Shown here in pieces: positions 51,401 to 62,485 of a stretch of DNA of 64,000 nucleotides. A program made the position numbers and the translations under genes. Under the pieces are notes generated by a model. The model was given only the letters and a program-made list of their open reading frames with translations, did not search any database and was not told where the DNA came from. This stretch comes from Lama guanicoe. Its lineage: Eukaryota. The stretch lies in NCBI GenBank assembly GCA_013239625.1, contig MU054323.1:14059950-14123949 (forward strand), written 5' to 3'. The stretch's first letter is position 1. The number at the start of each line of letters is the position of its first letter.

Positions 51401-52619
51401 AAATCACTATTAGTGATAAAATATAGATTAAAAAGAATGCATTTATTGTCATATCTCCACTATGATAGAGAAGCATATTTCTCAACAAAAGATGTTTTCA
51501 AAAAATAAAATCAATCAAAAAGATTAAGCCACTTTATCCAAATTAAAGTTTTCTATATTAAGACCCAAAAGGTGCCTCTGGCTGTTATTGTAGCTCCCAG
51601 TTCCTTGCATAAGATTTACAATGCAAATTCAGAATACCTCTGTCATAAGCCAGGCAATGGATAAACCTTGTCTTTTTAAATGTATCAACAATGTCACTGT
51701 CTTGTTTGTTAAAAAAAAAAAAAAAAAGGTTTTTACAAGACATTTCAAAACTAGGAGTAGGTAACCAGACACCTGGGAAATCTACTTCAGTTCTATTGAA
51801 AAAAATTTAAGTTGACTGTCTACCAATTTATTTTAGAAAAATTGTTGAAGTGGCTATGTACAAACTGTGTCTTCTCATGTAACTTATCAGTCACTGCAGT
51901 AGAAAGAACCTTTAATTTAGTAATTAAGGAATTTTTATAATGTCCTGGATGGCACAACATATAATTTTTGAGACATCTCTCTCTTCAAAAGAGATTTCTT
52001 AGAGTAGGAGGTATACCATCCCTACAATCAACACACATTTGCTTTAAATATAAGTCAGAATGAGATTTAATGCATCAGTTCCTTTCCTGGTTAACTCCGG
52101 TGGTTTAAATGACAAGAACTTTGTGATTCCTTTATTTACCACATAAACACCAATGACCAACTGCAGCCTCAATATTAATTGACTAATTGGCTAAACAATC
52201 CCATATGAGACTAAATATGAAGGTTTCTGTTAACATATTGCAAGATATTGTGGCTCACTTTTAAAGTTTTAGGGAAAAAAACCTTTTATATAAGAATCTT
52301 TTTCAGATTCCTTTTATCAATTTTATTTTACTTCACAAGATTCTATTGATACTTTATCTTTCGAGGAAGTCTTGTTTTCCTGTGCAACACATATCCAATT
52401 TGATAGATGCTTATAACAGGCCTTCTCAAGAAATAACAAAACCTAAACATTTTTTCACAAAATATATTAATAGAGTCATTATTATGAACATACATCAATA
52501 TGCTTATTATCCTCATGTTTATGCAACTCAACATGACCTTCTCGGTATCTCTATATTTGCATAGTTATTTTGGGAATTGTCTGTGACATTGTCAGTTGGC
52601 TGAGAGTCATGCTTTAAAC

Positions 52620-52838
52620 TAGAGTTTAGCAAATTTTGTCTACAAAGAGCTAATTAACAGTACATACTAGACTTGGGGGCCCTATGGTCTCTGTTAACTA
52701 CTCAGTTCTGTCATTGTATTTTAAAAGCAGCCTGAGACAACACATAGGCAAATATACGTGGCTGTGTTCCAGTAAAACTTTATCTGCAAGAACAGATGGT
52801 GGGTCAGATTTGGCCTGTAAGCAATAGTTTGCCAACTC
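52620..52838 (+). mobile_element. MER58A (hAT-Charlie non-autonomous DNA transposon)
   Basis: atggtctctgttaactactcagttctg...gtggctgtgttccagtaaaactttat...gatttggcctg...tagtttgccaactc; 8-bp TSD ctttaaac/ctttgaac. Confidence 0.9.
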
Positions 52839-53261
52839 CTTTGAACAATTCCACATTAGACACTACATATATTCAGCATAGATGTTAGCCTTTACTTGGA
52901 ACTAAATTATTTGTCAAAAGTTTTCCCAGTATTAAGGTAGCATATTCAAACTCATAATTAATTTGTAGAATAACAGGAATGATTGGTAATGGAGTTGTGC
53001 TATAATTATTAAGATTTCTATGGTTTGGAAATGTGTGATGCCAAAATAAAGTCTGTGGTTACTTTGAGCTCCTTAGATGGAACTGTTAAAGTATAAGCTG
53101 TTGGTTATTATTAGTGGTTATTATTTTTGCGAAGAAGGGCATGATTTCCAAAATAAGTATTAGCCTCTTGTATAATTTGAAATTAGAGTATATTGTTAAT
53201 CTATGCACTTTGAAATTTGAGAGCTTGACAGTTTGTACTGGTAGCTCAAAATAGTATCCTG

Positions 53262-53328
53262 TACAACACGGGTGAGACTAGAGTGATTTCTAAGGTTCCC
53301 TTCTAGTCTGATGTTTAATGGTTTTATG
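53262..53328 (+). mobile_element. MIR3/L3-type 3' tail
   Basis: gactagagtgatttctaaggttcccttctagtctgatgtttaatggttttatg. Confidence 0.65.
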
Positions 53329-53699
53329 CAAAGGAGTACATCAAGGTTCTTATCAGATGTGACTGAACTTTGAAAGTGTGTGAAGGGAGGGCAAAGGCTG
53401 CTCTCCATTTCTAGAAACTGAGTAGTTATCTCCTTCACATCACGATTATTTTGATACTATTCTAGGGTCTTAATTCAGAATACTTAAATTTTATGAGGAT
53501 TTTAAGATTGTATTTTCTTTTTTATTTCTTTTTAATTTTTTCTTCATTCTAAATGATTTTGAAACATGTTTATATTTAACTTGTTAGAAAGCATTTAAAG
53601 ATAGTTTCTTTAATTTCTAATTTTTCTTGTTCATCTGGTTGCCAAAATTTATTCTTGTCATAAGTTTACTTTCTTGACTATTTTAGATGAATTTAATTT

Positions 53700-54080
53700 T
53701 ATTTTTTCACTTTATATTTGGAAAATTTCAAACAGAATTAGAAAAAATGCATACCTACAATCGTATTTAACAACAACCAACAATTTCTTTGCAACTTAGT
53801 AAATTCCTCTATTTTAGCTTTGGAGGATTTGGAGAATTTTAAAGGATATCTTTGATATCATGTGTTTCACCTGTAAAGGTTTTATTATGTCCAATTGATA
53901 CAGACATTTTAAAAATCACCACTTTGCCATTAGCAAATATCACATTAAAATTTTCTCATTATCACTAATGCACAGACCATATTCACATTTCCTAGATTGC
54001 TTTAAAAACAAATCTTTGTCTGTTTGTTTGTTTGTAAACATTGGCTTGTTCAAGTCAGGATACAAAAAAATGTTTTAGTA
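53700..54080 (-). mobile_element. Old L1 3'UTR (L1MC5/L1ME-like)
   Basis: ttggaaaatttcaaaca...ccatattcacatttcctagattg...ttgttcaagtcaggatacaaa. Confidence 0.65.
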
Positions 54081-54439
54081 TGATCCTATTAGTTTTTCAA
54101 GCACTTTTTCCCTGAAAAGAGCAGGAAGATGAGAATAGATCAAAATACTCCTTGCAAATTCTTTCTCTAAATATGGCACTAAGGTAACTGATAACACCCA
54201 TATATAAACATTTATAGTTGAGGAACTGTAAATCTCTGATGAAAAACAGGGATAGGGATTCCAAGATCAGGAGCAAATAAAGTAACTTTTGACAATTTGA
54301 CAATTTGTACTCTTACAAATCATTGTTGGCTCTTCACCTCCAAAAGTATAAGCACTAAAGGCTTAATATTCAAGGCCTCAAGAGCTATGCTAAACCTAAG
54401 GATCTAGGTGAATTTCATACTTCCTCTGTTATCCTTTAG

Positions 54440-54670
54440 AATTCCTGCATTTCCTCAAATGAGACTTGATCCCGGTGTTCCTTCTGCTTGGACTGCACTG
54501 ATCTCCCTCCACTTGATGTTCTTTTATGTCTGAGCAAAAAGGCACAGAATTTAAAATCACAGTGATCTCTCCGTGTCTACAGTTTCTCCTAAAATTCAAG
54601 AATTCATGAACTTAGAGTAATATACTTTTTCAGCATCTACAAGAATTTCTTACCTGGTGTCCAAAAATTT
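54440..54670 (+). mobile_element. L2 fragment
   Basis: tgttccttctgcttggactgc...attcatgaacttagagtaatatac...catctacaagaatt. Confidence 0.45.
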
Positions 54671-55104
54671 TGTCACTTAAAAAAAGTAATAATGTTAAAA
54701 AGAGGAAAAAAAGAGATGGTGATAGAATAGAGAGGTAAATCAGAAAGTTAGTGGTTTTCTGCAGTGAAGCTCATGGGAAAGGTAAAGGAAAACAGGAAAT
54801 AACCTTAGAATTTGATGCCATCTCTGAAGAAGAGAGACATAACAAAAGTGTGTGGAAGGAATTAGTGGTATTGGCTTAAATGCAGGAAAAGAGGGATACA
54901 GGAATTTTACAAGTCCTGAGGCATGAATTCATTAGCATCTCATTGTAACTGCCGGGAGGCAAGCAATTGCAAATTGTCCTGTTAGCAAAGGACAGTGAAT
55001 GAAGATGCATATTGTACCCGTTAGTATACATTTGAGTGAAATTCCTCATTGTCAGGTTTTTTGAGTCAGATTCCTTGCCATACTCTGAGAGAAGTCCATT
55101 TTGA

Positions 55105-55349
55105 ATTGATTGTATGGGAAGAGCGTGTTTAATTTTGTAAGAAACTGGCAAACTGTCTGCCAAAGTGGTTGTACCCTTTGCATTCCCATCAGCAATGAAT
55201 AAGGGATCATGCTCCTCCACAACTTCACCAGCATTTGATGTTGTCAGTGTTCTCAGTTTTGGTCGTTGTAATAGGTGGGTAGTGTTATGCTATTGTTGTT
55301 TCAATTTGCATTTCCCTGATGACAGATGTTGTGGAGCATCTTTTGTATA
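55105..55349 (-). mobile_element. L1MC/MD-type ORF2 3' fragment
   Basis: tttgtaagaaactggcaaactgtctgccaaagtggttgtacc...ccagcatttgatgttgtcagtg...tttgcatttccctgatgac. Confidence 0.85.
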
Positions 55350-56654
55350 GGACTAGGACTAGTATAGGATTTAAAACTGCTATGGAAAAAAGGTCAGTTT
55401 TAACTACAGTACAATTAATCCAGCTGCTTATACTGTAAGTCTTTATTGAAACTATGGCTGTTATATCCCCAAGAAATTTTTTTTAAGTTTTTAATTACAT
55501 GCCCATCAGAATAATGGAAGAGTGATTATCCTTATTGTGTTTAATGACATTGAAACCTCTATTATTCTGTGATTGGAACTGCATAATTATAGATAATTGC
55601 TGGTACTATATTGACTGTTCAAATATAGCTCTGCAAAAATTATTTTAATTAAACATGTTTAGGATTTTAAAGTTTAAGTTGCTATTATAACCAAACAAAC
55701 TATTTAAATGCCATAATTGTATGTATTTCTCTAACTCTTGTTAATCAGTTTTTCAGGAAATCAGTTGTTTAACTCTAGATAAACTGACTTTGTTCCACTT
55801 AAAAATCAATTACATAAAATGTAAAAATTGAATGATAGAAACATTTTCTTTTCTAAGACCCAATTCTACCCAATACTAAAAGCTAACCTACAATTTGTTC
55901 TAATAATATTGGTGATACTGCTTTTAGTTCTAGGGGATGATAGCATTAGGTAAATAAAGTACTTCTTAAAGGTTTAATGAAAGTAAAATATGTTGGAAAC
56001 AATCTGCAATAAATATGACACAATTAGTTCAGAACAGAGTCAAGGGACATTAACGCAGAGAAATAAAAAACCTTTTTATCAAAGATGTCAGTATCTAAGA
56101 AAACTTATTGCAGTAGGAATCAGCTATATAACCTAAGCAGGCAGCCTGCACAGAACTCAATCAGTTCCCTTCACACTTCGCAACAGAAGTCACAAAGGCC
56201 ATTTTCCTTCTACCCTGTTTCCTCTCTCAGTAACACATACTGTATTTGAAATGTACTTATTCTATTTCTCCTAGGCTGAGAAACATCCTTGAAGTGGGTG
56301 CAGTGACCCCTTAATGCATGGTCCATTTGTCTGTCTAAGAACCATAGGCACATTTTATGGTGGTGTCATTGACTGTCATTCCTTCTTCCCACATATGACT
56401 GCATGGTTGGAATTCTCTCTTGGAACCAAACCTGGGGTCTTTGCTGGGTTACTTTTCATTGGCTTATGTTACTTCCCATCTCCTGAGCAAGTTGAACTTG
56501 AGTGCACAAACTTAAGTGAAAAAACTCAGTGTGGAATTTTCAAGTACTCCATTTATAGCCAATCTAACCCATCCCAAGGCACCTAAGAGTCTCCTGCACT
56601 GCAGAATGATGGCACTTTGCATACACTCGGTCTGCATTTCATAAGCAATGAGAT

Positions 56655-56762
56655 GTTACAGACAGAAATAGAGACAAATGTGAAGAGTTGAGTGAGTATA
56701 ATGGAAAGAGATTCAGACTCTGGACTCAGTCTATCTTTAATTCCAAAGCCTATGCTCATCCA
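56655..56762 (-). mobile_element. MIR fragment
   Basis: ttacagacagaaatagagac...ggactcagtctatctttaattccaaagcctatgctc. Confidence 0.5.
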
Positions 56763-57004
56763 GTTGGTAATACAATTATCTTTTAATATTCAGTTCACAT
56801 AATCAACTATTTGAATCTAAAGACAGGCTGTGGCATTGGTAGGCATACTGTTGAGAAACACTGATAAAAATATGTATCCAAATCTGAGCTCATTTTCTTC
56901 CTGACCATGACAACTTTCAGTCTTAATTCCTTTGTTTTGCTTGTTTGTTTGCTTCTCTTTTTTGTGTGTATCTGTTTGTGTGTTTCGTTTGCTATAAAAG
57001 GCAT

Positions 57005-57395
57005 TAACATTTTCTAGTTATCCAGGCATGGTATTGTCTTGGGCTCCTCCCTTTTTCTATTCTCTCTCCCACTCTCTTCTTTCCATACTCTCTAGAAATC
57101 TTACTGTTCATTCTTCTCTAAAAGTATATTTCTGTTTTTATTTCTAATGTTAGGCCATCCTTCTGATTTGCTTTGCCTTTTAAACACATGTCTACCTGTC
57201 CCTTTTTTTTTTTCCTGCTTTAAGGCCCAACTCAAAGGCTACTTTCAAATAGGAATATTTCTTGATGACCCACACCTAAATGTTAAGATGTTTAAACTTT
57301 CTGGTCCTCTCTTATAGCAGATACTCTATTTTGCCTTAGTTGTTTATGTGCTTGTAATTTTATCCTACTAATTAGAAAGTTCTTTGTGATAAGTC
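57005..57395 (+). mobile_element. L2 fragment
   Basis: tctagttatccaggc...ctttaaggcccaactcaaaggctact...ttatcctactaattagaaagttctttg. Confidence 0.6.
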
Positions 57396-58634
57396 ACACT
57401 AGGCATGATATATATTACAAGTAACATCACATTCAGTTCTGCAGCTGATAAGATGAGGAGATGTAATATTTTCTTTTAATATTTTAAGTATGGGACATGT
57501 CTAAGCTAACAAAGAACTTTTCATCTGTAATTTATATTAATCTTCAAAGAACACAAGATATGATGACAATTTTTATATGTAACTACTTACCATTTAAATA
57601 CTGGATTAATTGTGAGGTATAATATTTGTAGGAGATGATAATGAAAACAGACAGAATTCTTTCATATTAATGAAGCTCAAGTAGAAGATAAGTGTTTACA
57701 AATATTTCAATTCAACCCTTCATAATCAGATATGTTTGTTATAAACAGACTATTTAAAATATGGGAATTTAAATAATGTGACTAAATCCCAGTTTTGGAG
57801 CAAAATCTTCTAGATTTCAATTCTAGGAGCTAAAGAAAAAATAGTAGAAGAAAGCCTAAAGAAATAAATTTCTTCCTTAACTTTTGCTTAATGACCCTAC
57901 GTAATTTACTCTGGATTTACTGATAATACGGACACAGTGGGAGTGAGTAAATTGGCCAGGTTTTCTATAGCATGTGAAAACAATAGCATTATGCGATCAA
58001 TTTTTTCACAGTCCTGTTTCTTGGAAGAAGGAAGTTAGTGTGTGGTAGGAAAATGGCTCCTGTCCAAATTATGTCTCATTAAAAAGAGAGAGGGAGAGAA
58101 AAGCAAGAAAAGTATTAGAAACACTTTTAACTCCTGGAAATCAGAAATGAAAGCTTAACAAGTATGGAAAAAACAGGAGTGAATATCAGATTTTTGATCA
58201 TAGTTTTAGAATCCTTATATGTGACTTAACAGCTATACTTGTTTACATTATAAACTAATTTCAGAATATTTGATAATGCTGGAAATAGTAAGCACTTTTT
58301 GTATTTACTATAGTACATAAAATATATATATGCACTTTCTCATAGCTTCTGACAACACCTTGTGTAATATGTGCATAAAATTCTTTGGCTCAAAAGAGGT
58401 TTTTTTTCCATTGTTTTGTATTCTATGGCTTTTACTTTCAAGAACTTTTCATGTCAGTCAGTTCAATATTTTGAAACACTTAAACTTCCTCTAGTGGAAT
58501 GGAAAGTAAACATCATTCTTCTATGGATTTGCGTAAAGTTCTAATGAAAACACATCTTCAACTCTCTAGGAGTAGATAAGGCTATAGATATAGCACATTT
58601 TATCAGGGAGGGAAAAAAATGACAAGTCTAAAAC

Positions 58635-59379
58635 AATAGTTCTCAATATATGATCTGTAGAAACCTTGGAATCCTTAAGACAATTTTATAAGGTCTGTAA
58701 GTTGAACACTTTTTTTAAAATAATGTAATTTTTTCTTTTTTTTACTATGTTAACATTGATTGTACTTTATTATACAAAAATCAATGGTGGGTAAGACTGT
58801 TGGTGCCTTAGAATGAATAAGGGCAGTAGCACCAAACTACACTAGTAATTATGGTGTTCTTCACTGCCACGAAATTAACAGCACACACAAAAATGCCAGT
58901 TTCACTTAAAAAATAAGTAAACTAATTAGTTTTACTAAATCTCAACCCTAGGATGCATATCTTATTAGAATTTTATATGATACAATTGGAAGCATATATA
59001 TATATTTCTAATGTAAACCAGAGTGTAATGCTGTGTAGAGACACAGTGTGGAATTGTTTAGTTTGCAGGCTGAACTAGTCATTTTTTTTCATGGAGTGAT
59101 ATGTTTTTTCTCTGGAATACCTGATAGACAAACTTTGATTATTTAAACTTGAGTATTTGACAGATATTCTCTCAAAAGTGAAGGAACTGAGCCTGTCATT
59201 TCAAGGTAAACAATTAACAGTATTTGTTGGCAGTGATCAAATTTGAACTTTCAAAGGAGAAATTGAAATTTTGGAAAACTTGCATTTATCATTAAGAGCT
59301 TAAGATCATCTTAATACTGGAAGAATTTTGTGATGAGATTGGTTATGATAGTAAACTAATGCAATATTAGCTATATTAT
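58635..59379 (+). mobile_element. Charlie1a (hAT) 5' portion with decayed transposase
   Basis: TIR-like caatagttctcaa; caatggtgggtaagactgttggtgccttag...ggcagtagcaccaaact; gaactgagcctgtcatttcaagg...gaaattttggaaaacttg. Confidence 0.88.
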
Positions 59380-59495
59380 TGTGCAGTAAAGAGTTAATTC
59401 AGCAGGCTTGGGTTGTTCAAATTCTCTACATTCCAAAGAAAGAAATGGTCCTTCACTAGCTCATGGTAGATACACCTGAACCTTGTAATATTTTG
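59380..59495 (+). mobile_element. LTR 5' fragment, MER21/MER77 group
   Basis: tgtgcagtaaagagttaattcagcaggcttgggttgttcaaa...acattccaaagaaag. Confidence 0.7.
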
Positions 59496-59680
59496 TAGCG
59501 TGTCTTATCTCTTAAACTGTATTTCCCAACTTCAACTCCAAGCTTTGACTATATACCACAGTCTCTTTTGATTCTTGCCTGGCAGGGAAACCCCTTAAGA
59601 CGATTAATAGTTAGTTGAATCAAGCCTAGCTAAGTTCTTTAGGTCCACGTGGCCCTGGATACAAATGTGCCCTTAACATG

Positions 59681-60045
59681 TGTCTTAGCTCAGGATGCAT
59701 AACAAAATACTACTGACTGGGTGGCTTAAACAGCAGAAATTTGTTCCTCACAGTTCTGGAAGCTGAGAAGTCCAAAATCAAGATGCCAGGCAATTCACTT
59801 CCCTGGTGAGGGCTCTCTTCCTAGCTCACAAACATCCTCCTTCTTGCAGTGTCCTCATATGACAGATAGAGCTCTGGTCTTTTCCTCTCCTTTAAGGACA
59901 CTAATCCCATCATGGAGGCCCCGACCCTCATGACCTCATTTAAACCCAGTTATCACCGAAGGCTCCACTCCCAAAACTATCACACTGGGGTGTTAGGGCT
60001 TCAACATATGAATTTGGAGGAGACAGAAACATTCAGTTCATAACA
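59681..60045 (-). mobile_element. Complete MaLR solo LTR, MLT1A0-like
   Basis: tgtcttag...cataaca ends; perfect 5-bp TSD acatg (59676-59680, 60046-60050); ctcacagttctggaagctgagaagtccaaaatcaagatgccagg. Confidence 0.93.
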
Positions 60046-60739
60046 ACATGGCAGTTGATGTGAGTGCAAACAGCTCCACTGCTTCCCAAGACTGGGAATA
60101 CCAAAGCTCTCTTGTTTCTCATCCTCACAGATGCTCCCTATCTCCCAGCTGGTTCTCTGGGAGGCCCCCTCTTTTAGGGAAGTATTCCTAAGAAGGAGAA
60201 AAAGAAAAGCCTTTAAGCCTTAGACTCAGGATTGCTATTATTCCCTCTCTTACTCTTCTCAGTTGTCTTTGTAGAGACTAGAAATGAGGTAAGGAAAGGA
60301 GGAGGTGGAGATGGTTAGGTTTAGCAGAGTGATTTCTGCTAGCATTTAGGAAATCTATGAGATGTCTGGCTCAAAATGTGTATAGCTCCCTTTAGATTAG
60401 AAAGTGCTTAGAGCCTCTTTGTCCCTGCCTTTGGGTCTCACCAGCCAACTCCCAGGAAGTATCACTCTACATTCTGTTACGTATGTAGGTAACTGAGTAG
60501 ATACTCCAAAATCATCTGTGGATTTTGAATTGTTATTATATGCATAGCATGGTGTGTGTGTGTGTTAAGAAAATCTCTTAACAGGAATATTTTGTAGGAA
60601 GCTAAGGAATAGAAAACATCTATCAGAGAAACATTTAGAGCAATTTGGCAGCTCAAACTAGATTACTGATAGGCTTAAACTTTTCCAAAGAGAAAATACC
60701 ACTTTCTAGGTCAGTTTAACCAACAGAATATAGAACATC

Positions 60740-61080
60740 TGCAAAAGGAATAAGCTGTAGTTTTGCCTCAAGAAGCTTGCTTTTCAGTGGAAAGACATAT
60801 ATGTAATTAGTCTACCCTGTTGAAGTATGTTACATAAGTTAAAACAGAGATATTGTGGAAAAGTACAGGAGGGAGGAATGGTTCCAGCTGTCAGGCCAGG
60901 GGAAGACTTCGACTAAGAAGTTTAAGGTGGAGGAAAAAAGAGAATTTTGGCCAGGGAAATATAGTGATTGGGTTATAATTGAATAGGAAGTAAAAAGAAA
61001 CTATGAACCTCTAGGGGAAACATATGAAGGCACATATTGGGAAAATACATACTCCAGGATCAATACTGTACAGTGAAGAA
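60740..61080 (-). mobile_element. L2 fragment
   Basis: tgcctcaagaagcttgcttttcagtggaaagaca...gtacaggagggaggaatg...caggggaagacttc. Confidence 0.6.
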
Positions 61081-61376
61081 GAGTTAGGGAGATGGGATGG
61101 GGTGTGCTTTGTTGCAGGGTAAGCGTGGCAAGTAGCATGTGTTAGACTGACACCACACTGACGGAGAAAAACTCCCTGCCATCTGAGGGAAGAAAATCAC
61201 TGTGACTTAAATTACTTAATAATAAACAGAGTTATTTTTATCAACATTAGTAACAGTTATATACTACATCAAAAAATGTAACACTAACACTATATACAAT
61301 TCAATTCTTAAAATTGTTGCCATGAACTCTGGCCTTTCAGGCTTTTTTTTTTTTTTCCTTTGAAAAAAAGGCAGGA

Positions 61377-61387
61377 ATGACTCAGCA
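61377..61387 (+). promoter_or_regulatory. Consensus NF-E2/NRF2-small Maf (ARE) motif containing an AP-1 site
   Basis: ATGACTCAGCA exact match, overlapping GGAATG (TEAD-type) at 61374-61379; motif only. Confidence 0.35.
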
Positions 61388-61614
61388 AGTTATTTTGTAA
61401 TTATAAATTGTAAACTCATGTGGCACTTATTTTCACAGATATTCTGAGTACCTGTTACTTTATTTTGCTTCCCCAAGAATGCAAATTTTGTTTACTGTAC
61501 TGTGAAAGCCAACTAGTAGAATTAAAAACAACAATTCTAAATAGAAAACAGAAATTGACACAATCCAGATTTATTAACTACAGCTATAAAAGTATCAAAC
61601 AGCATTATCAGTTT

Positions 61615-62485
61615 CCAAAATAAATAATGCTCTAAGTTTGTGTTAAAGCATCTTTTTGCCTCACATATCAAGTTAACCTCTGTTATCAAGCTCAATTCCT
61701 ATCACTCTGGACTTGGGAAGGATGAATAAAGGTCACCAAATTTGTTTAAGAATGAATGATAGTCATCTGAAGAAGGTTGGGTGGAGGTTGTGCAGGGCAC
61801 TGGGAAAAGTGGGGGCATAAGGAGAGTCCTCCATGGTGGTGGCCACCAACCAGGCTTCCTAAATGAAAGGAAGGTTGATCCTTGAGGAATAGTTTCAGCA
61901 AAACTGGAACAGACTGGGACAATATGAAGTCCATCCCGAGAATCCAGAAAGTACATGTGAGGAAAGGGCTGCAGGTCAGGGTAGCTTCTGGGCAGGGTTT
62001 CTATGATCTACCTCAAACTGAATACCAAGTAACCTCACCTCCCAGTAAAAAATAAAAAATAAAATAAAACAATATGAAAATAAAAACTCAACTCCTCACC
62101 AATCACTAATTGCAGAATAACCAAAAAACCTTATCTTCTAAGCTGTGTCTGTCAATACACTGGAGAAATAGAAACCACCTCACAAATTAAAGGAGAAATT
62201 TTCATATTCTCCATCCTGAGTTCTTTAATTACATTTATATGATGGTTGTTTAAAATATGTATAAAGTCCCTACAAACAATTTTGGACTCCAGGGGGTAAA
62301 ATAAATTGAAATAGATCTTGCTTTCTCCTGCTTACATTTGAAACCTCTTTATAGATTTATTACTTTTTATGTTACTTGTAATGTTACTTATTATTTATTA
62401 ACAGCAAGAATTGTAGCACAGTGCCAAAATAAATAATGTTCCAAGTTTGTGTTAAGTACCTTTTTTGCCTCAGATATCAAGTTAA
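61615..62485. repeat. 62-bp dispersed direct repeat (61615-61676 and 62424-62485)
   Basis: ccaaaataaataatgctctaagtttgtgttaaagcatctttttgcctcacatatcaagttaa vs ccaaaataaataatgttccaagtttgtgttaagtaccttttttgcctcagatatcaagttaa, 53/62 ungapped. Confidence 0.9.

Noticed and set aside
55105..55349. L1 fragment corresponding to part of the segment missing from the 15.5-17.1 kb L1
   Set aside because: This ORF2 3' segment is extremely common genome-wide; no junction evidence links the two, so independent insertion is simpler.
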